From the NCBI RefSeq assembly GCF_006345805.1, contig NC_042998.1:207328001-207392000 (forward strand): a DNA stretch of 64,000 nt. The letters are read 5' to 3'. The translations under genes and the position numbers were made by a program. Source of the stretch: Octopus sinensis (Eukaryota). Each line of letters opens with the position of its first letter. Position 1 is the first letter of the stretch. Shown here one piece after another: positions 37,993 to 49,650 of the stretch. The notes below the pieces were generated by a model. It was not told the DNA's origin, did not search any database, and saw only the letters and a program-made list of their open reading frames with translations.

Positions 37993-38403
37993 CACAGCAG
38001 CAGTGACTACCATTTCCAACATATCCTTCTATGTTTAAGACCGTAGGGTATGATTGGAGGTGATTTGACTTTTATTTCTAACTGTAATAACAGTTTGACT
38101 GTTATTTGTATAGCTGTTCTGAGGTCTACCCCACATATGGTTCGGTTCATGTAGATTAATTAATATCGATCAATTAATATTCATCTATGATTAACGATTA
38201 ATTAATAAAGTAGACTGCAATATATATATATTTATAATTTTCATTTTTCAGGTCATTATTTAGCGTCAAATGTAAATTCTAACCAAGATAAAAACTTGTT
38301 TCACTTTGATGCTTCCATTTTAATTTCACACATACACAAACACACACTCACACACGTAGTGTGTGTATGTATATATCCGCATGTGCGTGTGTGTGTGTAC
38401 ATG

Positions 38404-38450
<47 letters not shown>

Positions 38451-38471
38451 GGGTATGTAATATATACCCCC

Positions 38472-38514
<43 letters not shown>

Positions 38515-38785
38515 ATATATTATTATATATTATAATATAAAATTATAAATGAGGGTGAAAAATCGATATTAATTTAATAATACCGTCAATTTAACACAAG
38601 TTGCTTAGCACAAAAAACTACGGAGGAAATACAAATTTATACATAAATTATTAGAGAGTTATCCACTATGTGGATAACTCTAGTGCTAAAAATAGCTCCG
38701 AAGCAACCACAGAAGATCCGTTTCCAACTAGAATCAACACACATTTAACTGAAGGAAAGTGAAATACAACGAATAAAATAGATTG

Positions 38786-38861
38786 ACTCTATACAATTGT
38801 TTCATTACTAATGCAATATGTAGTTTTACTTACACTTGCATCTATAAATCTTCGGTAGAGT
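38786..38861 (-). ncRNA. Type I hammerhead (H2 copy 1; U4C variant, long stem II)
   Basis: actcta-CCGAAGA-tttatagatgcaagtgtaagtaaaactacatattgcattagtaat-GAAA-c aatt g-TA|tagagt. Confidence 0.7.
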
Positions 38862-39280
38862 TTGTCAGAAATGCAATTAATTAGATCGATTCGGGCGTCA
38901 AAAACACGAGCGGTCCAACCAATTACATTTTTAGTTATGTCTCAAATTCCGCGCCAAAAGCATGCCTAGACTCCATTGGAAACGTATGCCGCTCAAATAA
39001 AATATTGACTGCCGCGTAGTTAAATTTATAAAATTATAAATGAGGGTGAAAAATCGATATTAATTTAATAATACCGCGTCAATTTAACACCAAGTGGCTT
39101 AGCACAAAAAACTACGGAGGAAATACAAATTTATACATAATTATTAGAGAGTTATCCACTATGTGGATAACTCTAGTGCTAAAAATAGCCTCCGAAGCAA
39201 CCACAGAAGATCCGTTTCCAACTAGAATCAACACACATTTAACTGAAGGAAAGTTGAAATACAACGAATAAAATAGATTG

Positions 39281-39356
39281 ACTCTATACAATTGTTTCAT
39301 TACTAATGCAATATGTAGTTTTACTTACACTTGCATCTATAAATCTTCGGTAGAGT
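39281..39356 (-). ncRNA. Type I hammerhead (H2 copy 2)
   Basis: Identical to copy 1. Confidence 0.7.
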
Positions 39357-39831
39357 TTGTCAGAAATGCAATTAATTAGATCGATTCGGGCGTCAAACAC
39401 GAGCGGTCCAACCAATTACATTTTTAGTTATGTCTCAAATTCCGCGCCAAAAGCATGCCTAGACTCCATTGGAAATATGCCGCATCAAATAAAATATTGA
39501 CTGCCGCGTAGTTAAATTTATAAAATTATAAAGAGGGTGAAAAATCGATATTAATTTAATAATACCGTCAATTTAACACCAAGTGGATTAGCACAAAAAA
39601 CTACGGAGGAAATACAAATTTATACATAAATTAATATCGATTTTTCACCCTCATTTAAATTTTATAAATTTAACTACGCGGCAGTCAATATTTTATTTGA
39701 TGCGGCATACGTTTCCAATGGAGTCTAGGCATGCTTTTGGCGGGAATTTGAGACATAACTAAAAATGTAATTGGTTGGACCGCTCGTGTTTTTGACGCCC
39801 GAATCGATCTAATTAATTGCATTTCTGACAA

Positions 39832-39905
39832 ACTCTACCGAAGATTTATAGATGCAAGTGTAAGTAAAACTACATATTGCATTAGTAATGAAACAATTGT
39901 AGAGT
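39832..39905 (+). ncRNA. Hammerhead H2 copy 3 (2-nt deletion at the cleavage site)
   Basis: GAAACAATTGT-AGAGT lacks AT. Confidence 0.5.
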
Positions 39906-40041
39906 CAATCTATTTATTCGTTGTATTTCACTTTCCTTCAGTTAAATGTGTGTTGATTCTAGTTGGAAACGGATCTTCTGTGGTTGCTTCGGAGCTATTT
40001 TAGCACTAGAGTTATCCACATAGTGGATAACTCTCTAAATA

Positions 40042-40118
<77 letters not shown>

Positions 40119-40139
40119 GGTATATATTACATACCCAAT

Positions 40140-40236
40140 ATGCATGTTTCGGCAATACTTATACTTAAATTGGAACGATACAAAGAAGATTAGCATGACC
40201 CCCCCCCACAAATTCGTGAAGCGCTCCATATTTTTT
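40140..40236 (+). pseudogene. U6: U6 snRNA pseudogene
   Basis: tttcggca..atact.aaattggaacgataca(a)agaagattagcatg..caaattcgtgaagcg.tccatatttttt matches U6; ACAGAGA box mutated; the central ISL segment is replaced by a C-run. Confidence 0.9.
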
Positions 40237-40440
40237 GTGTCTGTGTTTGTTCCTCTACCATCACTTGACAACGGATGTTGGTATGCTTACGTTCCCGTAA
40301 CTTAGCGTTTCGGTAAAAACAAACAAAAAAAAACGATAGAATAAGTACTAGGCTTACAAAAAGTAAGTCCTGGGGTCGATTATATCGACTGAAGGCGGTG
40401 CTCCAGCATGCCCGCAGTAAAATGACGGAAACAAGTACAA
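40237..40440 (+). mobile_element. SINE family 1 3' half directly fused to the U6 oligo-T
   Basis: gtgtctgtgtttgttcc..aaggcggtgctccagcatg..gaaacaagta. Confidence 0.8.
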
Positions 40441-40695
40441 TACAAGGGTTAAAAAAGGAGAATATATATATACATATACATATACATATATATATAGATA
40501 TATATATATATATAATAATATATATATATATATAATATATATATAATATATATATATTATAATACATATACTATATATATATTATATATATATATATATA
40601 TCTATATATATATATATATATACATATTACATATATATATATGATAATTATATATATATATATAACATACATATAATATATATTATATATATATA

Positions 40696-41335
40696 CTGGC
40701 AGAGATACCCGGCGTTGCCCGGTTACATTCAATTGAAGAATTAGAATTTTCTGTTATATATATATGGATACACACACACATATATATATATATATTAATA
40801 TAAATACATGAAAGTACATGAAGTTTGTTAAAAAAAGGGGGATCATGTAATTACCTCTGGCTGTGAGATTTATAAACACCTCATTGTAAACAAGTTCCTT
40901 GTTTTCCTTGTGGAGCATATACAAAAAGGTTCGTTGGTTCCTACTCTTGAGCAGCCAACATACAGTTGCCCATGCAAGAAGCAGGGCTCTTCCAAGAGAA
41001 GACCAGCTACAGAGAGGGTTTGAACCTGAGATTTGTTAATGGATGACATGGCAAAGCTGACACGAGGGAATTGCAGTCTTCTGAATGTAAATGGAATTTC
41101 TGCTCCTGATGGATTAAGAGGAATTCTTGGAATAAAGACGTCATCACTTTTCCACATCCAGAAAGAATGGTTGCCTCGATAACGTGTGACATTCATTTCT
41201 TATCACCAGTCGTGTTTCCAATGCAAAGTCTTGGTGGTTCCAGATTGTGGAGTAGCATTAAGGAGTTCCAACTTTAAGTGCTAATATGTGTGGAGGTAGT
41301 CCAGGGGCTCCAGTGAATGGAAATTCCACCGTCAC
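40696..41335 (-). mobile_element. Autonomous-type Helitron 3' relic (RepHel PIF1-like helicase C-terminus plus 3' end)
   Basis: PGLPPHILALKVGTP..LEPPRLC..VIEATILSGCG..DVFIPRIPLNPS..FTFRRLQFPRVSFAMSSINKSQVQTL..CFLHGQLYVGCSRVG; 3' ccgggcaacgccggg..CCAG|T at 40696. Confidence 0.85.
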
Positions 41336-41414
41336 CACCACCAACAACAACAGCAACAAATCGCCGTTTTGCCGTCTACCATAACTGCCAACAACAACAC
41401 CATTACTACAAACC

Positions 41415-41514
41415 NNNNNNNNNNNNNNNNNNNNNNNNNNNNNNNNNNNNNNNNNNNNNNNNNNNNNNNNNNNNNNNNNNNNNNNNNNNNNNNNNNNNNN
41501 NNNNNNNNNNNNNN
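41415..41514. other. Assembly gap (100 N)
   Basis: Direct reading. Confidence 1.
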
Positions 41515-41717
41515 AAAAAAAATGAACGAACTAGTGAGTTTAGTTTAATGGCCTACTATATTTCTTTGCCCTAGGAGTCGAGAAGACACTCGGCAAGAAT
41601 TGAAGCAAATTTGAGAAGAAGAAAAAAAAAATATAATAATAATAATAATGATAATGATAATAATAATAAGTGGCTGTGTGGTAATTAGCTTACTTGCGAA
41701 CCACACGGTTCCGGGTT

Positions 41718-41870
41718 TAGAATTTGACAAGATCAGTAAACATAAAGACTTGCTAATAGAAATTGAAAAAATGTGGCATCTCAAGGCGACTACAGTACCA
41801 GTGATTGTAGGAGCTCTAGGAATGATAAAAAAAAAGGTACTGAAACCTATTTGAAAATGATACCAGGATC
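41718..41870 (+). mobile_element. R4-like LINE fragment
   Basis: EFDKISKHKDLLIEIEKMWHLKATTVPVIVGALGMIKK. Confidence 0.65.
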
Positions 41871-42321
41871 TTGAAATAGAAATTGTTGCCATAGATGCCA
41901 TAGGGATGATAGCAATAGGGGCTGATTGTTACCTGTCTCAGATACGAGGAAATCCAAAAAATGGAAGAAATTTAAAAAATAGTTGTCATGGAAACTGCTC
42001 ATACCCTACGAAAAATATTGTCTCTGTAATCGACAAAACATTTGAGTCTGTAATCATTATCAAAAGTACTTTCAAATGTTGAAAATAGTAAACACCTTTT
42101 ATTGTCGTCTTAACATCAGACTGTCATCTTATAATCAAATTACTTTTAAAACAAACTTTCTAATTTACTTATGTTTTGACAGACACTCTCTGGAATAATA
42201 TTTTGTGCAAGGCTGAAAATATGGCATCCTAGGCATAACACCAACTTGAACTTCTAAATTGTTGTCTCTTGAGGTGTCTGGATGAGACTTGGAGTCAACT
42301 TGTACAAAACAAAAGCCAAAT

Positions 42322-42992
42322 ATAGAAGAAGAAGAAGAAGAAGAAGAAGAAGAAGAAGAAGAAGAAGAAGAAGGAGAAGAAGTAGTAGTAGTAGTAGTAG
42401 TAGAAGAAGAAGAAGTAGTAGTTGTAGTAGTAGTAGTAGTAGTAGTAGTAGAAGAAGAAGAAGAAGAAGAAGGAGTAGTAGTAGTTGTAGTAGTAGTAGT
42501 AGAAGAAGAAGAAGAAGAAGAAGTAGTAGTTGTAGTAGTAGTAGTAGAAGAAGAAGAAGAAGAAGTAGTAGTAGTTGTAGTAGTAGTAGTAGTAGTAGTA
42601 GAAGAAGAAGAAGAAGAAGAAGGAGTAGTAGTAGTTGTAGTAGTAGTAGTAGAAGAAGAAGAAGAAGAAGAAGTAGTAGTTGTAGTAGTAGTAGTAGAAG
42701 AAGAAGAAGAAGAAGAAGGAGAGGAATTAGTAGTAGTAGTAGTAGTAGTAGTAGAAGAAGAAGTAGTAGTTGTAGTAGTAGTAGTAGTAGAAGAAGAAGA
42801 AGAAGAAGAAGGAGCAGGAGAAGAAGTAGTAATAGTAGAAGAAGAAGAAGAAGAAGTAGTAGTTGTAGTAGTAGTAGAGAAGAAGAAGAGAAGAAGAAGA
42901 AGTAGTATTTGTAGTAGTAGTAGTAGTAGTAGAAGAAGAAAGAAGAAGAAGAAGAAGAAGAAGAAGAGGAGAGAAGAGAAGAAGTAATAGTT

Positions 42993-43025
<33 letters not shown>

Positions 43026-43313
43026 TAGTAGGTATAGAAGAAGAAGAAAGAAGAGAAGAAGTAGTAGTTGTAGTAGTAGTAGTAGTAGTAGAAGAAGAAG
43101 AAGAAGAAGAAGAAGAGAATAAGAAGTATAATAGAAGAAGAAGAAGAAAGAAGAAGTAGTAGTTGTAGTAGTAGTATAGTGGTAGTAGTAGTAGTAGAAG
43201 AAGAAGAAGAAGAAGAAGAAGAAGAAGAAGAAGAAGAAGAAGAAAAGAAGAAGAAGAAGAAGAAGAAGAAGAAGAAGAAGAAGAAGAAGAAGAAGAAGAA
43301 GAAGAAGAAGAAG
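42322..43313. repeat. ~1-kb alternating (GAA)n/(GTA)n compound repeat
   Basis: Direct reading. Confidence 0.95.
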
Positions 43314-43480
43314 ATGTCTGATAATTGACATGCTTTGTCCTGGCGATAACAAGATTGAAGAGAAAGAAGAAAAAGTGAACAATTCCGATGACCTGAAGTG
43401 GGGAAAAACGCAGGTTGTGGTCAACGAAAAGAGTGGACATGACACCAATAGCGATTGGTGCGCTCGAAGTATCAGAACCC
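43314..43480 (+). mobile_element. R4/Dong-like RLE fragment
   Basis: CLIIDMLCPGDNKIEEKEEKVNNSDDLKW..LWSTKRVDMTPIAIGAL. Confidence 0.6.
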
Positions 43481-43621
43481 AGACACCATTCTCTGCAGGG
43501 TTCTTGAATAATGAACAAGTGTCACTTTAATCTGCTGACTGTGGACAGCCGACACTTTCCATCATACCCCGCCAAATGAGCTGAGAGTTTCCATCACATT
43601 AAGTATAAAAATAATAAATAA

Positions 43622-44300
43622 ATATTCTGTTGTGTCTGGGGAGAGTCATTTTCTTTTTGTGCCTTATAATTTAAAACACTCACCGTTAAAATTTCCACTT
43701 ATTTCTTATTAACCTTTACAAGAGTCTTGACTCTTGAAAAGGTTGCAAGACGCAACGAAAATTTTAGGAAAATAAAAATAGAAATAAGTGGAAATTTTAC
43801 CGGAAATTTTACAAAAGTCTTGACTCTTGAAAAGGTTGCAAGAACGCAACGAAAATTTTAGGAAAAAAAAATAAAAATAAGTGGAAATTTTTTACCGGAA
43901 ATTTTACAAGAGTCTTGACTCTTAAAAGGTTGCAAGACGCAACGAAAATTTTAGGAAAATAAAATAAAAATAAGTGGAAATTTTACCGGAAATTTTACAA
44001 GAGTCTTGACTCTTGAAAAGGTTGCAAGACGCAACGAAAATTTTAGGAAAATAAAAATAAGAAATAAGTGGAAATTTTACCGGAAATTTTACAAGAGTCT
44101 TGACTCTTGAAAAGGTTGCAAGACGCAACGAAAATTTTAGGAAAATAAAAATAAGAAATAAGTGGAAATTTTACTGGTGAGTGTGTTACATTATAAGGCA
44201 CAAAAAGAAAATGACTCTCCCCAGACACAACAAAATATGCTTCAACACACGAACTCATGTAAAGAATCTTGCAAACCAAATCCAAAAACGAAATAAATAA
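43622..44300. repeat. Five 91-95-bp tandem repeats enclosed by ~89-bp inverted arms
   Basis: Units start 43719, 43812, 43907, 43998, 44092; arms 43622-43710 and 44149-44238. Confidence 0.85.
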
Positions 44301-44767
44301 ATAAATAAATAAGTGTCTGTATTTCTAAGATAATATACATGTGGTGTAATCTTCCCAGTATTTGTATTTCATCTCCAGAGTCGTTTTAGGAATACTTTTT
44401 TTTTCAGAAAACATTGCGTCCCCATTCTCTGAAAAATAGAAGTATCCTATGACCCGGTGCTTATCAACTGAGGGAGTTTTTAGAAATGGATTAATTTCTT
44501 ATGTGAAACATGAAATCAAGTTGACGAGTGATTGAAAATATACAGCGAACTTAAACATTGATAATAATAAGAAAAAATAAATCTTTGTTGTTACATCAAT
44601 AATGACACACGCACTGGTACAAATATAATTTCTTTATTGTTAAAAGAAATTAATTAAATATCCAACCATTCAACTAATCAATCGTTTGTTTAATGTGCTT
44701 GTTAAACAATCAGTCAGTTGTTTGTTAGTCAATGTCCTTTCATCACCATTTGCAGCTTCCGCAATGA

Positions 44768-44803
<36 letters not shown>

Positions 44804-45194
44804 TCAAGGTATGTCCTGCCGATTGATTGATTAACTGACACATTAAACAAAAGATCAGTTTGTTAGTTGGTTAAATATTTGACCAATTGATTAATAATAA
44901 AGAAATGATATCGAACCGGTGCGTGTGTTATTATTATTATTGGCGTAATGAACCTCTCAAGACACAACATTTCCACAAGAACTTCCACCAAGAACTTGCA
45001 AACCAAATACAAAAGCGAAGAGATATATTTGGAAATTGTAGCAAAAGCTAGACATTTATCTTCACCGGAAGTAAATACTTGGTGCGTGTGAGTGTGCGTA
45101 TCTGTGGGTGTGTCTTTATGCGTGTGTCTTTGTGTGTGCGTGCGCATGTGTGAGTCTGTGTACGTGTGTGCTATTTTGTGTTTGCGTACTTGTA

Positions 45195-46073
45195 CGAGGT
45201 CTGATCAATAAGTATCCGGACTGTTGCCATAGTAACGAAGCTAAAGCGCACAGAGTAAAGCCGCTCGGCAAAGATTGACCTTGAACGCTGCTGTACATAC
45301 GCACTAAGTTTTAACGTTCTGGCTCATTTCTGGTGTTCACAGCAGTGCTTGGTAATAAAGTGTAGCGTGTGATCGTAGCGTCGACCATGACAGAGAAAGT
45401 TGCCATGGTGATACCTGCCCAGAGGTCAACGCAAATGTGCAGAAAGTGTATGGAGAGGAGTGTATGAGCCGCATACAAGTGTACGAGTCGTTCAGATGTT
45501 TCGAAGATGGCCGAAAAATGTCGATATTAACGAACGTTCTGGGAGACCCGCAACCAGCAGAACTGAGGAAATATCGCAGATGTGCATGCAGCTGTGAAGG
45601 GAAATCATTGAATCACCATCCGTGAGTTATCAGAGGATGTGCAGATTAGTTACGGTTCACTTCAGTCCATTATCACGGAAGATTTGGGTATGAGACGTCT
45701 ACCAAGTTTCTGCCCAAAGTGCTTCCAGCGGACCGAAAGGACACCCGGGTTTCAGTTACACAAGATCTCCTTGATTGTGTTAAGAATGATGGAAACTTTT
45801 TGAAAAATTTGCGTAGGTCTCTGAGTAGGTATCGCCAAGCTTTTAGCAAAATTTGATGCAGATTCTCTGCTCAACTTTCTCTGTCATGGTCAATGCAACG
45901 GTTACACGCTACGCACCTTCCTTCTAAGCACTGCTGTAAACAGCAGAAGTGAGCTAGAACATTAAGACTTAGTGCTCATGTACAGCAGAGTTCAAGCTCA
46001 ATCTGTGCCAAGCGGCTTTAGCTTCGTTACTATGACAACAGTCCGGATACTTATTGATATTGATCAGACCACC
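45195..46073 (+). mobile_element. mariner derivative composed of two left ends
   Basis: TA-flanked TIR cgaggtctgatcaataagtatccggactg; QKVYGEECMSRIQVYESF..ERSGRP..TIREL; right arm encodes MTEKVEQRICIKFC on the minus strand. Confidence 0.8.
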
Positions 46074-46198
46074 TATGTGTGTGAGTGTTTGTGTATGTAT
46101 ATGTTTATAGGTATTTGAGCGTCAGTGTGAGTTTGTGCGTGTTTATGTGTGCTTGTGTGTGTATGTGTGTGTGTGTATGTGTGTGTATGTGTGTGTGT

Positions 46199-46235
<37 letters not shown>

Positions 46236-46292
46236 CGGCATAAACACTGCAATGCTCAGCTGTATTTCACCCAACTCATTATACTCGGAGAT

Positions 46293-46610
46293 CAAATTCA
46301 GCCGAGGTCGACTTTGCCTTTCATCCTTTCGGGGTCGATAAATTAAGTACCAGTTACGCACTGGGGTCGATGTAATCGACTTAATCCGTTTGTCTGTCCT
46401 TGTTTGTCCTCTCTGTGTTTAGCCCCTTGTGGGTAGTAAAGAAATAGGTATTTCGTCTGCCGCCACGTTCTGAGTTCAAATTCCGCTGAGGTCGACTGCG
46501 CCTTTCATCCTTTCGGGGTCGATAAAATTAATACCAGTTTAACACTGGGGATCGATGTAATCGACTCATCCCCACCTCCCCCAAGCAGCCCTTGTAGCAA
46601 AAAATTTGAA
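46293..46610 (+). mobile_element. SINE family 2, 1.5-mer form (5' truncated)
   Basis: Same dimer junction. Confidence 0.75.
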
Positions 46611-47315
46611 ATCATAATAATAATTATTATTAGACTTGTGTGGTATAAAGATAAAATAAAAGAAAGATTTCGTTACGAATGATACAGAAATGACAACCAA
46701 ATACTTCTTAAGCTGCTGCTGATATATTCGTAGATTATTAATATCTAAAAAGCTGATATCGTTTGTGTATTTGGGGAAATACTAAACGCTGTATCGACAG
46801 TTGTTTAGTTAACAACGTTGCGGCGATATCGTTTCAGAATCCGTTGCAGTAAACGGTCTCCCATTTGTAACTGCATACATAGCATTGATAGAAAACCTCG
46901 GGTTTTTTTTACACGGCAAAAACAGAGAAATTACAGAAGCGAATAGGGATGGAGTTACTTAATTTCAGTTGGTTGTTTACGGGTGTGGGGTGTGTGTATG
47001 GGTGTTCTTGGTTGCTGAGAGAACGCTACGAGATTTAGTTCATATAAAAATATTTCACAGATAATTAACGCGGTTCAAATCCATTAACATGCAAGCTACA
47101 TATATATATATACATACGTACATACATACATACATACATACATACATAATACATACATACATACATACATACATACATACACACGCACACACACGCACAC
47201 ACACACATACGCACACACCACACACATTAAATAAGCAAATTAGTGGAAATCGAACCGATGTGTGTGTTAAATAAAAAGGCACCAAAAAAGAATGACTCTC
47301 TCGAGACACAATATA

Positions 47316-47548
47316 ATTCTTTACAACCCACAAGGGGCTTAACACAGAGGGGACAAACAAGGACAGACAAACGGATTAAGTCGATTACCACGACCCCAGA
47401 GCGTAACTGGTACTTAATTTATCGACCCCGAAAGGATGAAAGGCAAAGTCGACCTCGGCGGAATTTGAACTCAGAACATAAAGACAGCCGAAATACGGCT
47501 AGGCATTTCGTCCGACGTGCTAACGTTTCTGCCAGCTCGTCGCCCTTC
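47316..47548 (-). mobile_element. SINE family 2
   Basis: Full-length reverse-complement match. Confidence 0.8.
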
Positions 47549-47681
47549 CAGACACAATAACACACACACGCACGCACACACACACACACCACGTATAAAA
47601 TAAGCAAATGAGTGGAAATCGAACCGATGCGTGTGTTAAATAATAAGGCACTAAAAGAGAATGACTCTCTCCGCACACAAT

Positions 47682-47725
<44 letters not shown>

Positions 47726-47728
47726 GCG

Positions 47729-47780
<52 letters not shown>

Positions 47781-47785
47781 TATGT

Positions 47786-48150
47786 AGGCGCAGGCTTTGC
47801 CGTATGGTAAGAAGTCTACTTTCCAACCAAATGGTTCCGGGTTCAGTTCCTCTGCGTGGCACCTTGAGCAAGTGTCTTTTACTATTGTCTCGGACTGATC
47901 AAGGCCTTGTGAGTGGATTTGGTAGAGAGAAACTAAAAGAAGCTCGTCGTATGTATGCGTGTGCTTGTCCCATACCACCGCTTGACAACCGGTGTAGGTA
48001 TATTTACGTCCCTGTAACCTAACGGCTCGGCAAAAAAGAAGGCTTTAAAAAAATTAAGATAATACCGGAGTCGACTCGTTCGACTAAAACCCTTGAAGGT
48101 GGTGCCCCAGCATGGTCGCAGTCTCATGAGTAGAGCAAGTGAAAGGTAAA
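47786..48150 (+). mobile_element. SINE family 1 (diverged)
   Basis: Match. Confidence 0.75.
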
Positions 48151-48152
48151 AG

Positions 48153-48196
<44 letters not shown>

Positions 48197-48280
48197 GATA
48201 TATATATATGTATATATATATTAGAAATCTGATATATAATACCTGTACATCATCTCAAAACCTATATATAATATATATAT

Positions 48281-48327
<47 letters not shown>

Positions 48328-49252
48328 TGTATGTATATACGTGTATGTATGTAAAAACGTACGTATGTACTACAAAATACATTTTAGTTTTTACAAATGT
48401 TTTATATCAACGCAGCTGATAGAAACCTTATACCGTTTTGTTGGTTGCTGGGTGAAATCGCAACCGAAAAATGTGATAGTCTGCTAAATTAGCAACGAAC
48501 TGTCTGTTAGCAAGACAACCAGGCGTAAAAGAATTGTAAATAGAAAAACAGAGCAGATAAAAATGATGTCATAAATAGATTTGCCATGGAAATGGCGAAA
48601 AGAAAAAAAAAAGAATTAGGCAAATCTTTGGTCCAATTTTCTCGCTTTCAAATACGTAATTTTTTTTTATTCGCTTTACGGAGTTACCTTTCATTCACGT
48701 TCTAATTACAATCAACCAATGAAAAGACAGACAAATATAAAACACAGCGAGGAAGAAATCTTCTTTTTCTTCTTCTCTGCCAATAACCTCAATGTAGTGG
48801 AATGGTCTTCGTTTTCTATTACGATGCGTACTATTGCAAAGGTTGCAAGACGCAACGAAAATTTTAGGACAATAAAAATAAGAAGTAAGTGGAAATTTTA
48901 CCGGTGAGTGTGTTAAATCATAAGGCACAAAAAGAAAATGACTTTCCCCAGACACAACAGAATATGCTTCAACACACGAACTCATATAAAGAATCTTGCA
49001 AACCAAATCCAAAAACGAAATAAGTCTCTAAAATATTCTTTCTAATTTTGGCGTAAGGAAAGCAAGTTTTTGAAGAGATGGAGAAGTCGATAAGCATAGC
49101 ATCTATCCCAGTAATTAACTGGTCCTTATTTGATTGACCTCGAAAGGATGAGAGGCAAAGTAGACCTTGATGGCATTTGAACTCGCAACATAAAGAGCCA
49201 GGAGAAATGTCGTTAAGCATTCTGTCAGATGTGCTAATGAACCTGGCAGTTA

Positions 49253-49650
49253 AGGTGACGAGCTGGCAGAAACGTTAGCACGCCGGGCGAAGTGCTTTGT
49301 GGTATTTTGTCTGCCGCTACGTTCTGAGTCCAAATTCCGCCGAGGTCAACTTTGCCTTTCATCCTTTCGGGGTCGATTAAATAGGTACCAGTTACACACT
49401 GAGGTCGATGTGATCGACTTAATCCGTTTGTCTGTCCTTATTTGTCTCCTCTGTGTTTAGCCCCTTGTGAGAAGTAAAGAAATAGGTATTTCGTCTGTCT
49501 TTACGTTCTGTGTTCAAATTTCGCCGAGGTCGACTTTGCCTTTCATCCTTTCGGAGTCGATGAATTAAATACCAGTTACGTACTGGGGTTGATGTAATCA
49601 ACTGGCCCCTCCCCCAAAAATTTGGGCCTTGTGCATAGAGTAGTAAAGAA
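49253..49650 (+). mobile_element. SINE family 2, 1.5-mer form
   Basis: Same dimer junction. Confidence 0.8.

Larger units (their letters stand above)
38540..40045. mobile_element. ~495-bp hammerhead-bearing repeat, ~2.2 tandem units plus inverted arm (family H2)
   Basis: Units offset by 495 bp (38786 vs 39281); inversion at about 39627; (TA)n flanks. Confidence 0.8.

Noticed and set aside
38655-38690. TTATCCAC(A) DnaA-box-like motif in the H2 unit hairpin
   Set aside because: Eukaryotic repeat context; single motif explained by the palindrome
42165-43448. 427-aa and other long low-complexity ORFs
   Set aside because: Translations of trinucleotide microsatellites; no coding signal
43715-44175. 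CRISPR-like array
   Set aside because: Units are contiguous ~93-bp repeats with no unique spacers and no cas genes
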